NCBI GenBank assembly: GCA_020137815.1
Contig: CM035356.1
Location: forward strand, 4,588,001-4,652,000
Direction of reading: 5' to 3'
Length of the DNA: 64,000 bases
Origin: Hormiphora californensis
Lineage: Eukaryota > Animalia > Ctenophora
Positions 24,971 through 47,610 of the stretch are shown one piece after another. Within the stretch, counting starts at the first letter, position 1; every line of letters begins with the position of its first letter. The notes under the pieces were generated by a model, which was not told the origin of the DNA, searched no databases, and worked only from the letters and a program-made list of their open reading frames with translations. The position numbers and the translations under genes were made by a program.

Positions 24971-25960
24971 CTAACAGGGGACAGTTGTCTCCCCTGGTAT
25001 ACGTGTATAACAAGACATGTCCTTCAACAGGTTATCTAGAAACTCCTTCTCCGGATATGAACTCTGAGTTCCCTTCCTTGTCACACTCTCACTGGCCACG
25101 GCACAACTCAGCCTCACCTTCTCCCTAAAGGCCAGGAACTTGCCATTACGTGACATGAGGCTAGCCAGAGCGCCAATAAAGGCATCCCCAGCCCCGGTTG
25201 TATCCACTGCAGCTACCTTGTTACAGGGGACATGGGTTACAACCCCTGCCTCATCGAGGTAAACCACACCGTTACCTCCCAGTGTTACCATAGCAACCTG
25301 GCAACCACGGGATTTGAGGACCTTGACAGCACTCTCTGCATCTGACACAGATGTGATGGATTCAATACCAAGTAGCACCTCAGCCTCACTCTCATTGACA
25401 CAGAACACATCAACTAGGGGGTACAGCTCAGTGGGGAGCTCCTTCACAGCTGGGGCAGCGTTGAAGATGGTGTTACAGGCGGGGTTAATTGATTTGATGA
25501 GTTTCAGAGCGGCCAGTGTGGTTTCCAGGGGTATCTCCATCTGGAACACAACAACCCGTGCTGACCCCAACATGTCCTTAGCATCAGTTATATCATCAGG
25601 GGTTAGTTTGTTGTTTGCACCCCCGACAATAACAATACAGTTCTCAGCATTACTGTCAACTGTGATCGTAGCGACTCCACTCGGCCCATCCACCCTTCCC
25701 ACATGACACACATTGATACCAACTGACTTCAAGTTACCCATGTAGTTATCACCAAACGCGTCCGTTCCTAGTTTCCCAACTAGACCGGTTGGGGTGCCCA
25801 GTTTGGCAGCAGCCACCGCCTGATTGGCACCCTTTCCTCCAAATCCAACAGCGAATTGGGTGCCATGGAGGGTTTCACCGGGTTTTGGTAGGGTTGGAAC
25901 ATAACTTATCAGATCTGTCATACATGATCCCACGACAACCACTTGTGGTGAATCTGACAT
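24971..25960 (-). CDS. RBKS: Ribokinase, intronless CDS, 329 aa
   Basis: VVVGSCMTDL, GFGGKGANQAVAAAKLG, NAAPA, VNESEAE, DTTGAGDAFIG (PfkB signatures). Confidence 0.97.
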   Translation of the reverse strand: MSDSPQVVVVGSCMTDLISYVPTLPKPGETLHGTQFAVGFGGKGANQAVAAAKLGTPTGLVGKLGTDAFGDNYMGNLKSVGINVCHVGRVDGPSGVATITVDSNAENCIVIVGGANNKLTPDDITDAKDMLGSARVVVFQMEIPLETTLAALKLIKSINPACNTIFNAAPAVKELPTELYPLVDVFCVNESEAEVLLGIESITSVSDAESAVKVLKSRGCQVAMVTLGGNGVVYLDEAGVVTHVPCNKVAAVDTTGAGDAFIGALASLMSRNGKFLAFREKVRLSCAVASESVTRKGTQSSYPEKEFLDNLLKDMSCYTRIPGETTVPC

Positions 25961-26325
25961 GATGCTAGAAGGTAGAAAAGTTAGTTAGGAAATAAGTAGT
26001 TGATAGTTGAAAAGTTATTTAGGAAAGAAGGAGAAGTCAGAGAAAGAGATCAGCAATTGATTCTAAAGAGCAATTAATAAAAGGATTCGTGTGATAGCGG
26101 TGGGAAATAAAAAGTGTGTAATTAAGAAAGGATAAAATGTAAACAAATTAAAAATGGACCAGTCAACATTAAATCCGGACAGATCATGTGCGTAATCTGT
26201 AAACAACACTGACAGTATGTAGCACACTCATGTCTATAATCAACAGTTTTCACTTTCCAAACTTTCAGTTTACTTTTCGGACTCCGTAGAACTGTTTGTT
26301 TAAGATAAGGGACTTTGAAGGACCT

Positions 26326-28633
26326 TTATCGAGGCTCGGTTCTTCTTCTAATTCTGACCCATCGTCTTCCATCTAACTCTGGTTCTGGCCCCCCTGATTC
26401 GCCTTTTGACACGTCTGATTCTGATTCTGATTCTGACCCATTTGATTCTGAGCCATTTGATTCTGACTCATCTGATTCTGATGCGTCTGAAGATCCAGTA
26501 TCCATTCTCTCATCGTGCTCCTTCATCAAAGTGGTTGCTGACCGGTCAGTCCGATGCACCACAAGTCTCTTAACAGTGTGGTCCGTGCTCTTCAGTACCC
26601 TTTGATAGTATGGACGTGATAACTTCGTCCTGTCGTGTGGTGTATGTCCTTTCAGCTGAAACAGAAAGTAGTGTGGACAAACAATAAGTATGTAAACTGT
26701 CTGACGAAATAAGAAAAAAACACCAGAAAGAAACATTAGAGTTAATATTATTTTCTAGATTAACTTTACCATGGCAAAGTTAATCTAGAAAATAATACGT
26801 ATTCACTCACTTTATCATTGGAGTCATTCAGTTCTACGGCTGCCTGCCTCTTCCTTTTCCTCTTTTCCAATTCGGAAACCTGATCCTTATGTTCAGCAGT
26901 GATGTGAACATGGAGATCCTGTTTACTGTCTGCTAGATGTCCACAGTGCTCACAGGCAACCTTACCCGGGTTACTTTTGGCTGCTTTGCAGATCCTAAGA
27001 TGTGCTTTCAGGTTAGATCTGAGAGTCAGTGTCACATTGCATCCACGGCAGGTTGCACGGTGCAACCTGGAGTGCACCGCTTCTATGTGCCTTTTCAACT
27101 GAAATATAAGTTCATTATAACATGACGTATCAATGTGATTCAATTGATCTAAAATTTCAAGTGAAAACAACTCCCCATATTAGCATCTAGGGGTTAACAC
27201 GTGTCTTGGTGAAAGCAGTGTAAGAACTCACGTTCCGAGTGGAGTTGGCTACGTAGTCACATTGGTCACAATCCGTTTTTGGCTGTATCCCCGTCTTGAA
27301 CCATACCACACAGTCTCTCTTGTGTATGGACATCGCAGCATCGGAATGGAATATTTTCCTACAGTACTCTGTAATTTGGGATGTTAGGAATATAAGGTTG
27401 GTGTTGTGGTGTTGTTTTGTGTGTGAGTAGTACTCTGTATAATATGGGAATTAAATGAAATATCGTATTGGTGAGTCATGTCCCCAACAGGAATGATTAC
27501 CCCAAAGCAATATATTTAAAGCAAGTACGAACCGCAGGGGAACTCAGTGGTTATTCCGTGCATCCTCTTTAGATGCCTCTCACTTTCCCGCTTCTTGGGT
27601 GTAGTGAACTCACAGTAACCACAGTCGTACATGATCCTGAAGGGACATAATATGAGGGTGAGAGGGTTACCACTGACCAGGGTGAGAGGGTTACCACTGA
27701 CCAGACTTTATTTAGTGTAGTATCCTTGCTTTAACCCCTTTTGAGTCAACCGCGAGGTTTATCCGTTGCCTTCAGTAAATTCAACCCAATATAACCCCTC
27801 TAAAGGGAGGGGTAACTTCGCAACCCCAACCCTGAACTAAGGGGCCCAACTCACATCGCTCGTTTCGCAGGTGGCCGGCGTTTATTTAAAAAGCGTTTCG
27901 TAGATATCCGCTGATACTTCGGGTATTGATCCTCTCGTTCTACTTGTTTTTCTTGATTTTCTTTTACTCCTTGATGTCCTTGATCTTCTTCTTCTCCCTC
28001 TTTTTCTCCCTCTTTTTCTTCTTCTCCCTCTTTTTCTCCTTCTTCCTCTTCCTCTTCTTCCTCTTCTTCTTCCTCTTCTTCTTCCTCTTCTTCCTCTTCT
28101 TGTTCCTCTTCCTCTTCTTCTTCTTCCACCTCTTCCTCCTCTTCGGAGCTAGAGTCAGGGCTATCCATAGAGCTCGGTTCTTGTTCACTAGCTGGTGCAG
28201 GTTCAGTACATACTTTTTGTATGTGTACCTTTAAGTTCCAAGAGTTGGAGAACAGTAGGTTGCACTGTGGGCACGCTCTCTGGTATCTCTTGAGATGTAA
28301 CCGCTTAATATGAATACTGACCTGAAATAGTTATTGATTATGTTGCTGCCCACTATAATTGTTGCTGGATTGGATTATGGACTTTGTGGAAGCATCAAGG
28401 TGTTGACTGCTGGTTCAACTGGTCAAAGAACTTCTGAATCAAATAGGTTCACCACTATTCGAACACCCAATTAGAGATTCCATTAGCAGACATTAACTTA
28501 CTAGGGTTGGTGAATCTGCGAAAAAAGGACAGCCGTCGTAAGGGCAATTAAATGATTTCTTCTTCGACCCACAAACCCCAGCTGAGTGCTTTTGAAGGAT
28601 ATACTCGTTGTCAAATGACTCATTGCAACGTTC
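26326..28633 (-). CDS. Multi-exon C2H2 zinc-finger protein with an acidic poly-Glu tract; start not identified
   Basis: Exons encode CPQCNLLFSNSWNLKVHIQKVC, CGYCEFTTPKKRESERHLKRMH, CDQCDYVANSTRNLKRHIEAVH and CEHCGHLADSKQDLHVHITAEH. The E-rich segment is at 27990-28145. Confidence 0.8.
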
Positions 28634-28727
28634 TAGATGTGATCATGAATTAATTATGGTCCTGTTGTTTTTTCGATTGGAACGGTAAAAATTTTCAAAA
28701 TGGGCAAATGTTTACGTTTACTCAAAT

Positions 28728-29070
28728 ATGTTAGGAACAGTTGCAACTAGGTGCCAGTTAGTCTACACACAGTTTGGGAACGTCTGTTGAATATTTGCCA
28801 GTACTCCTTGTGTGTTTTACCTTGTGTTGTGTCTCTTGTTAGTGTGAAATTGCTATCGGGTTTCATAAACTATGAACATTTGTTAGCTTGTCACGTTATA
28901 GGTTTAAATCTCCTCCCCCTCACCCTCGGCTGCGCCTCGGGTTCGGGGTCGTGATTTAAACCAGTTTAATCGCCCTGCCGGGCGATTAAACTCCAGTTGG
29001 CTATCGCCAGCTCGCGCTGGCGACAGCCAACTTGATAACGCGCCAAGCTACAAACGTTCATAGTTCATAT
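28728..29070. mobile_element. Hairpin-rich interspersed element (partial copy)
   Basis: Closely similar to 43640-43972; contains AATCGCCCTGCCGGGCGATT and other stem-loops. Confidence 0.8.
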
Positions 29071-30655
29071 GCACTTATCGCATATATGAGTGACTATCCA
29101 AGCCGTGTGGTTGCTTTGCAATTTTCTTCTGAAAATTTTTGGTCAAACGTCCAATCGAAAAAAAACATGACCTAATGGCAAAGTGCTCTGTGCTGCAGGT
29201 GTAATAAACTAGTTTTACTACTACATTATTATTAATCCTGATTACAATAACACTGTCAATATTACAACTACAAGTTCATACTTACTACAAGAAAACAGTC
29301 CTCCAAATCCATGCGTTGCACTCTTATGACGTAGCAATTCCCTCTTCCTACAAAAAGCCATAGAGCATTGATCGCATTTAAAGTTCAGTCCCATTCTCTA
29401 CAAGGGGGAAGTTTTGAAAGTGGTGTGGCCAAATTGGTGGGACCAAATAACCTGGGTTAAAACAGGCATATAGGGGAAGTTTTGAAAGTGGTGGGGCCAA
29501 TTTTTTTTGGTCACGTCATATATGAACATGATGAAATGTCTCGACATTTTTCGGTTTTTAGGCCAAAAAGTCGTCGACTTTAAAGTCGGATTTTTTGAAG
29601 TTGTCACCTTCAAATGACCGCGCATGTGAAATTTATCAATTTTGACGAGTACACCACACGTTAACAATTAACATGTGATGTGACACAAGAAGGGGGTGAC
29701 AACTTGAAAAAATCGCGCCCAAAAAACCTGAGGCTCAGGTTGTCATTCGCCATGGTCCGCTCCGTCACCATTTCCATCAGGGGACACCGCCGTTTGTTTA
29801 ATTTATTATTGCCATTGTTAGTGTGTGTACCACTGGGCGCCGTTACGATCTGGGTGGTGGTGGTGGTGGTACAGATATGTTATAGCGTGCCAAACTCTGC
29901 CCGTTAGGGCAGAACGACATTGCAACCTCGTCATAGCGTCTGTCATCGTGTTGTGGTCAGTTGATATCATTGCATTCATATTGTCAGTCAGTCATTGTAC
30001 TTGCAAGACACTTACGCAGCCCCCACGGTTAAAGGTCGGTTGCACTCTTCGCATCTCCGCCCCGTGAGGACATTGCAGTTATCTTGCGAATAAGCAAAAA
30101 GACAAGTTAGGGGGCACATTTTCAAGCTTGGGTGGCTGTGCAGGTAGGCCTGTTCGTTTGTTTGTTACGACGACGGTCCGTCGAGTGGACACTTCTCAAG
30201 CTTGGGTCTGGGGTAGTCTGTCTATAGTAGCTCTAATTAAATTATTGATTGGTAAGGTTTACTCCGGAATCATTATCAATGGTACACAATAGATGAACAG
30301 ACAATACAGACAGATGAACTTACAGCTTTTTGATGTATGATTGGTACCGTGATGTTGTTGATGATCAGATGAGAGGTGTACCATTTCCACTTCCAGTAGA
30401 GATCAAGATGAACAAAAATGATCAAATACAAATAAGAGGTGGGACAGATTGTAGCGTCCCTAGAATGTGTACGATGTTCTATAGGACAAGACGGGTGGGA
30501 CAGATAAGAGTTGTTACACGCGATAAGCGACTTTATTAGTGCACCAAAACACAAGGATTGTCCCTGTACTGGCGTGTTTCACAAAGTCCTCTAAATTGGG
30601 AAGGGCCAGGGTGGGGGAGGTGGGTGGGGTGGAGGGGTGGGTGGTGGCTAGTACA

Positions 30656-32581
30656 AGAAAACGAGCAGGTATTGAGTGCGTTAGAGATCAGATATTAGAG
30701 GTACTGTGTTGAAAGATACAGGAAAGGAGCACTATTTGACAGAATGACTGAACCAGACTAGGCGATGCGGTTGTAAATTGATAGATTTAGGATTAAAGAG
30801 AGACTTAGACGGGTGTATGTCAGTGTAACAGAGCATTCAAAATGAAACAAATATGAAACTGCAAATGTATGAACGATCTGGGTGTTTGGAGGCCTGTTTA
30901 CAGGTGCGCGCTGCCAAAAAAGTTGATTCACTAAAATGGCTCTAACCGCCAAACCACTCAACCGTTTTGGCTGATTCAAAGTTTATCTGGTAGCCGGTAG
31001 GGAGAAAAACGAGCAGGTATTGAGTGCGTTAGAGATCAGATATTAGAGGTACTGTGTTGAAAGATACAGGAAAGGAGCACTATTTGACAGAATGACTGAA
31101 CCAGACTAGGCGATGCGGTTGTAAATTGATAGATTTAGGATTAAAGAGAGACTTAGACGGGTGTATGTCAGTGTAACAGAGCATTCAAAATGAAACAAAT
31201 ATGAAACTGCAAATGTATGAACGATCTGGGTGTTTGGAGGCCTGTTTACAGGTGCGCGCTGCCAAAAAAGTTGATTCACTAAAATGGCTCTAACCGCCAA
31301 ACCACTCAACCGTTTTGGCTGATTCAAAGTTTATCTGGTAGCCGGTAGGGAGAAAAACGAGCAGGTATTGAGTGCGTTAGAGATCAGATATTAGAGGTAC
31401 TGTGTTGAAAGATACAGGAAAGGAGCACTATTTGACAGAATGACTGAACCAGACTAGGCGATGCGGTTGTAAATTGATAGATTTAGGATTAAAGAGAGAC
31501 TTAGACGGGTGTATGTCAGTGTAACAGAGCATTCAAAATGAAACAAATATGAAACTGCAAATGTATGAACGATCTGGGTGTTTGGAGGCCTGTTTACAGG
31601 TGCGCGCTGCCAAAAAAGTTGATTCACTAAAATGGCTCTAACCGCCAAACCACTCAACCGTTTTGGCTGATTCAAAGTTTATCTGGTAGCCGGTAGGGAG
31701 AAAAACGAGCAGGTATTGAGTGCGTTAGAGATCAGATATTAGAGGTACTGTGTTGAAAGATACAGGAAAGGAGCACTATTTGACAGAATGACTGAACCAG
31801 ACTAGGCGATGCGGTTGTAAATTGATAGATTTAGGATTAAAGAGAGACTTAGACGGGTGTATGTCAGTGTAACAGAGCATTCAAAATGAAACAAATATGA
31901 AACTGCAAATGTATGAACGATCTGGGTGTTTGGAGGCCTGTTTACAGGTGCGCGCTGCCAAAAAAGTTGATTCACTAAAATGGCTCTAACCGCCAAACCA
32001 CTCAACCGTTTTGGCTGATTCAAAGTTTATCTGGTAGCCGGTAGGGAGAAAAACGAGCAGGTATTGAGTGCGTTAGAGATAATCAGATTTAGAAGGTACT
32101 GTGTTGAAAGATACAGGAAAGGAGCACTATTTGACAGAATGACTGAACCAGACTAGGCGATGCGGTTGTAAATTGATAGATTTAGGATTAAAGAGAGACT
32201 TAGACGGGTGTATGTCAGTGTAACAGAGCATTCAAAATGAAACAAATATGAAACTGCAAATGTATGAACGATCTGGGTGTTTGGAGGCCTGTTACAGGTG
32301 CGCGCTGCCAAAAAAGTTGATTCACTAAAATGCTCTAACCGCCAACCACTCAACCGTTTTGGCTGATTCAAAGTTTATCTGGTAGCCGGTAGGGAGAAAA
32401 ACGAGCAGGTATTGAGTGCGTTAGAGATCAGATATTAGAGGTACTGTGTTGAAAGATACAGGAAAGGAGCACTATTTGACAGAATGACTGAACCAGACTA
32501 GGCGATGCGGTTGTAAATTGATAGATTTAGGATTAAAGAGAGACTTAGACGGGTGTATGTCAGTGTAACAGAGCATTCAAA
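30656..32581. repeat. 348-bp tandem array, ~5.5 near-identical copies
   Basis: An identical 73-aa ORF recurs at 30758, 31106, 31454 and 31802 (period 348). The last unit is cut at ...AGCATTCAAA. Confidence 0.97.
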
Positions 32582-32615
32582 CTTTTCAACACTACTTTAA
32601 ACAAATTAATTTGAG
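32576..32615 (+). other. Genomic copy of the ctenophore trans-spliced leader (SL) exon, not followed by GT
   Basis: TTCAAACTTTTCAACACTACTTTAAACAAATTAATTTGAG matches, from memory, the Pleurobrachia/Hormiphora SL. It is followed by GCTTGG... and an ATG 29 nt later. Confidence 0.85.
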
Positions 32616-32644
32616 GCTTGGCCTCTAGGTCCCGATGAATTAGC

Positions 32645-33688
32645 ATGAGTTTGAGGAACGGTACCCGGGACGCTGTCCATGACCTTACCAGAACGTTGGA
32701 GGCGCTAGGAAACTCCACGACGGAAACAGTTGAAGTATCCCGTGAGGCATTGGAGGAGCTGATAAACTCCTTCTCCAGGCTTGATGAATCTGTGAGTAAC
32801 CACCCCCCTGCCCCCCTCTGGTCATCAGTTGAACTTCCCAAATCGGCTGATATTGCTGGCGTTGCCCTTCACATGGCATCTATTATCCCCCTGATGCGGC
32901 CGACCACTTCCAACTCTTGAGGAAACTTTTGCTCGCGGAAGGTCCAGTCGTTTCAGCTGGTATAGTGAGACGGGGGTCAACTATGGTTGGAATGATGTAC
33001 ACCTTGTGGCTAAATCTGTACCTGGGGAGATCATGTCCATCATGAACAGGGTGAACCAGTTAACTGGACTCGCCTTCAACGGTTGCCTTGTCATCCGGTA
33101 TTTGGGGGTACCGGGCCACCCTGACGGTCTTGGGCTGCACCAAGACACCGAAAAGATGAATGTGCCAGGCCATCCGGTCGTGTCGGTTTCTGTAGGTGCC
33201 CCACGTACCCTACAGTTCCGAAAGGGGAATAACTGGTCCAGCGAACTTGCTGGTTCAGTAGTTATGCAGAGTGGTGACTCACTGCTGTTTAAACCCGATC
33301 AGAAGGGGCTGTTCCATGGGGTTGTTCACGCAGAAGGGAGACGCTATGTTCTATCATTCAGGAAGGTCATTGACCCATCGACATCATCAGATCAGACTGG
33401 AAGAGTTGAGAGGCCACCGGTAACTTTCCAGGGGACCACAACCCCCATTGTATTCGATGGAAATGTCTCGCCCCGCTCGAGCCTCCTCAGAGCGGTCAGA
33501 GCTACCAGGGGAAACCTTGTCTCACGGTTTTCTGCCAGGCCCACAGCAGCATCGACCTCCTTGCCGGTCTCTGTTTCTTCTTCTTCATCCGCTGCAGAGA
33601 ATCACAACACCTCCCTTGCACAACCATCCTCCTCCACTCCTCGGCCTGATGCTCCTCCCCGCTCTTCGACTACTCTTTGGCCTCCTAC
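32645..33688 (+). CDS. AlkB/ALKBH2-3-like 2OG-Fe(II) dioxygenase with a Ser/Pro-rich tail; frameshift near 32890; runs into the gap; probable retroelement ORF1 or retrocopy
   Basis: SWYSETGVNYGW, FNGCLVIRY, GLHQDTE (HxD), VVSVSVGAPRTLQFR, FHGV (distal His) and RYVLSFR (2OG-binding Arg pair). No introns. Confidence 0.88.
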
Positions 33689-33788
33689 NNNNNNNNNNNN
33701 NNNNNNNNNNNNNNNNNNNNNNNNNNNNNNNNNNNNNNNNNNNNNNNNNNNNNNNNNNNNNNNNNNNNNNNNNNNNNNNNNNNNNNNN
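33689..33788. other. Assembly gap (100 N, true size unknown)
   Basis: Run of N. The 3' part of IDH2 and the rest of the AlkB element are both missing here. Confidence 0.99.
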
Positions 33789-34724
33789 CACGTGCTCGTG
33801 ATCTCCACAAGATGAACAATTCAAGTATACCGTCATGAGACGTGTATAACAAACGTACCCATAATATTACTAAATTTAAATACATGAGCACACTTCCTCT
33901 CAGTAAACTATCTTGAGCATTATAAGCACACTACTGAGTCACAGCACTAACTTTAACAGTCAATACCCAATCAGTCGTATATAGTCATCATATCTCAACA
34001 CCCACTCTGCACTCAATCATCATAAGATTAGGACACATTAACACTACCTTGCATCAACACTGCATTATCAGTGCATGCGTACCACCCTAGACCACCCAGT
34101 ACCTACCTCAGTAGTATTGAACATCTCCCCCCGCCTCTCTCAGCCACCCAGTACCTACCTCAGTAGTATTACTAGTATTGAATATCTCCCCCCGCCCCTC
34201 TCAGCCACCCAGTACCTACCTCAGTAGTATTACTAGTATTGAATATCTCCCCCCGCCCCTCTCAGCCACCCAGTACCTACCTCAGTAGTATTGAACATCT
34301 CCCCCCGCCTCTCTCAGCCACCCAGTACCTACCTCAGTAGTATTACTAGTATTGAATATCTCCCCCCGCCCCTCTCAGCCACCCAGTACCTACTCAGTAG
34401 TATTGAATATCTCCCCCGCCCTCTTCAGCCACCCAGTACCTACCCAGTAGTATTACTAGTATTGAATATCTCCCCCCGCCCCTCTCAGCCACCCAGTACC
34501 TACCTCAGTAGTATTGAACATGCCCATTCCACACCCACCACGTCCACCCAGTACCTACCTCAGTAGTATTGAACATGCCCATTCCACACCCACCACGTCC
34601 ACCCAGTACCTACCTCAGTAGTGTTGAACATGCCCATTCCACACCCACCACGTCCACCCAGTACCTACCTCAGTAGTGTTGAACATGCCCATTCACACCC
34701 ACCACGTCCACCCAGTACCTACCT

Positions 34725-46372
<11,648 letters not shown>

Positions 46373-47228
46373 GATGGAGTACACAGGAACACTACAATAG
46401 GGGGTTACACAGTGGTTACACATTGGTTATACATTGGTTACAATTGGTTACACAGTGGTTACACATTGGTTACCATTGGTTACACAGTGGTTACCATTGG
46501 TTACACATTGGTTACCATTGGTTACACATTGGTTACCAATGGAAGTTTCATGTGGTGGGTATTGGGCAAGACACAAGCCATACAACATCCAAATGAAGGT
46601 ACAAGAAAAGATAAATGAAGGGAGATTTGAGAAGGGACTTCTAGAAGCAGCAAGAACAAAAGGGAACTGATGGATAGAAGGAGGGCTAATGAAATTGATC
46701 GTTGAGATAGTTATAATGAAAGAGGAGACACGATATGCGATATAGGAAGAGAAAGCGAAAGAGAGAGATAGGGAAATAAAGCGGAAGAGAGATGAGAAAA
46801 AGAAAGTTCGTGCAAAACATATTGGAGGGGTTCCGGGTTGGAATAAAAAACACAGGGCATTATTATGCAAGGTACAAAACAAACAAATAAGAGGGGGTTA
46901 CTATTGGTTACCATTGGTTACCAATAGTAACTCAAAACAGATTGGAGGGGTTCCGGGTTGTAAGAAAAACACGGGGAAATATTATGCAAGGTACAAAACA
47001 AACAAAATATAACAACATTCACTTCAGTCTGATATAATGCACTAAATTGTCAGTTCCAAGGTGTCAAACATACATATTTCAAGAACATTATCAAAAATAG
47101 AAACATGTCGATAAGGGATCAGATTAGATGTTGCCTCCTAGATCGGATTATTTGTTACCCAACTAGCTCATAACATTGCACAGGTTACAAACACGTGGTT
47201 TAAAATTTGCTAAACAGTCTACAGGTTA

Positions 47229-47335
47229 AGAACCGACCGAATCAGGAAATACTGGTCCCTGATTGGCTGATAAACAGTCATGTGACCTAAATAACGAGTT
47301 CTAATTGGTTGTCTACTTGTTTCGGTCGGTTCCTG
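47229..47335 (-). mobile_element. ~105-bp MITE, complete copy
   Basis: Inverted ends GAACCGACCGAA / TTCGGTCGGTTC. Three copies occur in the window. Confidence 0.85.
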
Positions 47336-47610
47336 CCCGGTAGTAGCGTGATAAAGGTAAACGTGTATCAGTATTAGGTCATCATTCACACATAAACACA
47401 TGCACACCAAAATATAAACAAGGTTTAGGACATACATCAAAAACTCAACACTAATTGCATAGTTAGACTGTGTTTCGCACGCGGCACGCGCCGCCCGCGA
47501 AACACAAATGTAAAGGAGGGTTAGAACATAACAAAACACTAACTAGTCTGTCATTTATCAGTAAAACACATTCTTCATCCCAAAATACAGGGTACCCAAT
47601 TTTCCAACTC

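Noticed and set aside
29400-30560. Missing IDH2 3' exons or the zinc-finger gene's first exon
   Set aside because: No IDH motifs were found. A possible donor near 30322 exists, but no supportable exon.
30656-32581. CRISPR array, SL RNA gene array, or five copies of a 73-aa gene
   Set aside because: Units are identical with no spacers, contain no SL exon, and the ORF has a non-ATG start and no recognisable motif.
32576-32660. Functional SL RNA gene
   Set aside because: The leader is followed by GC and an ORF rather than a GT donor and U-rich Sm site, and its first bases appear to be missing.
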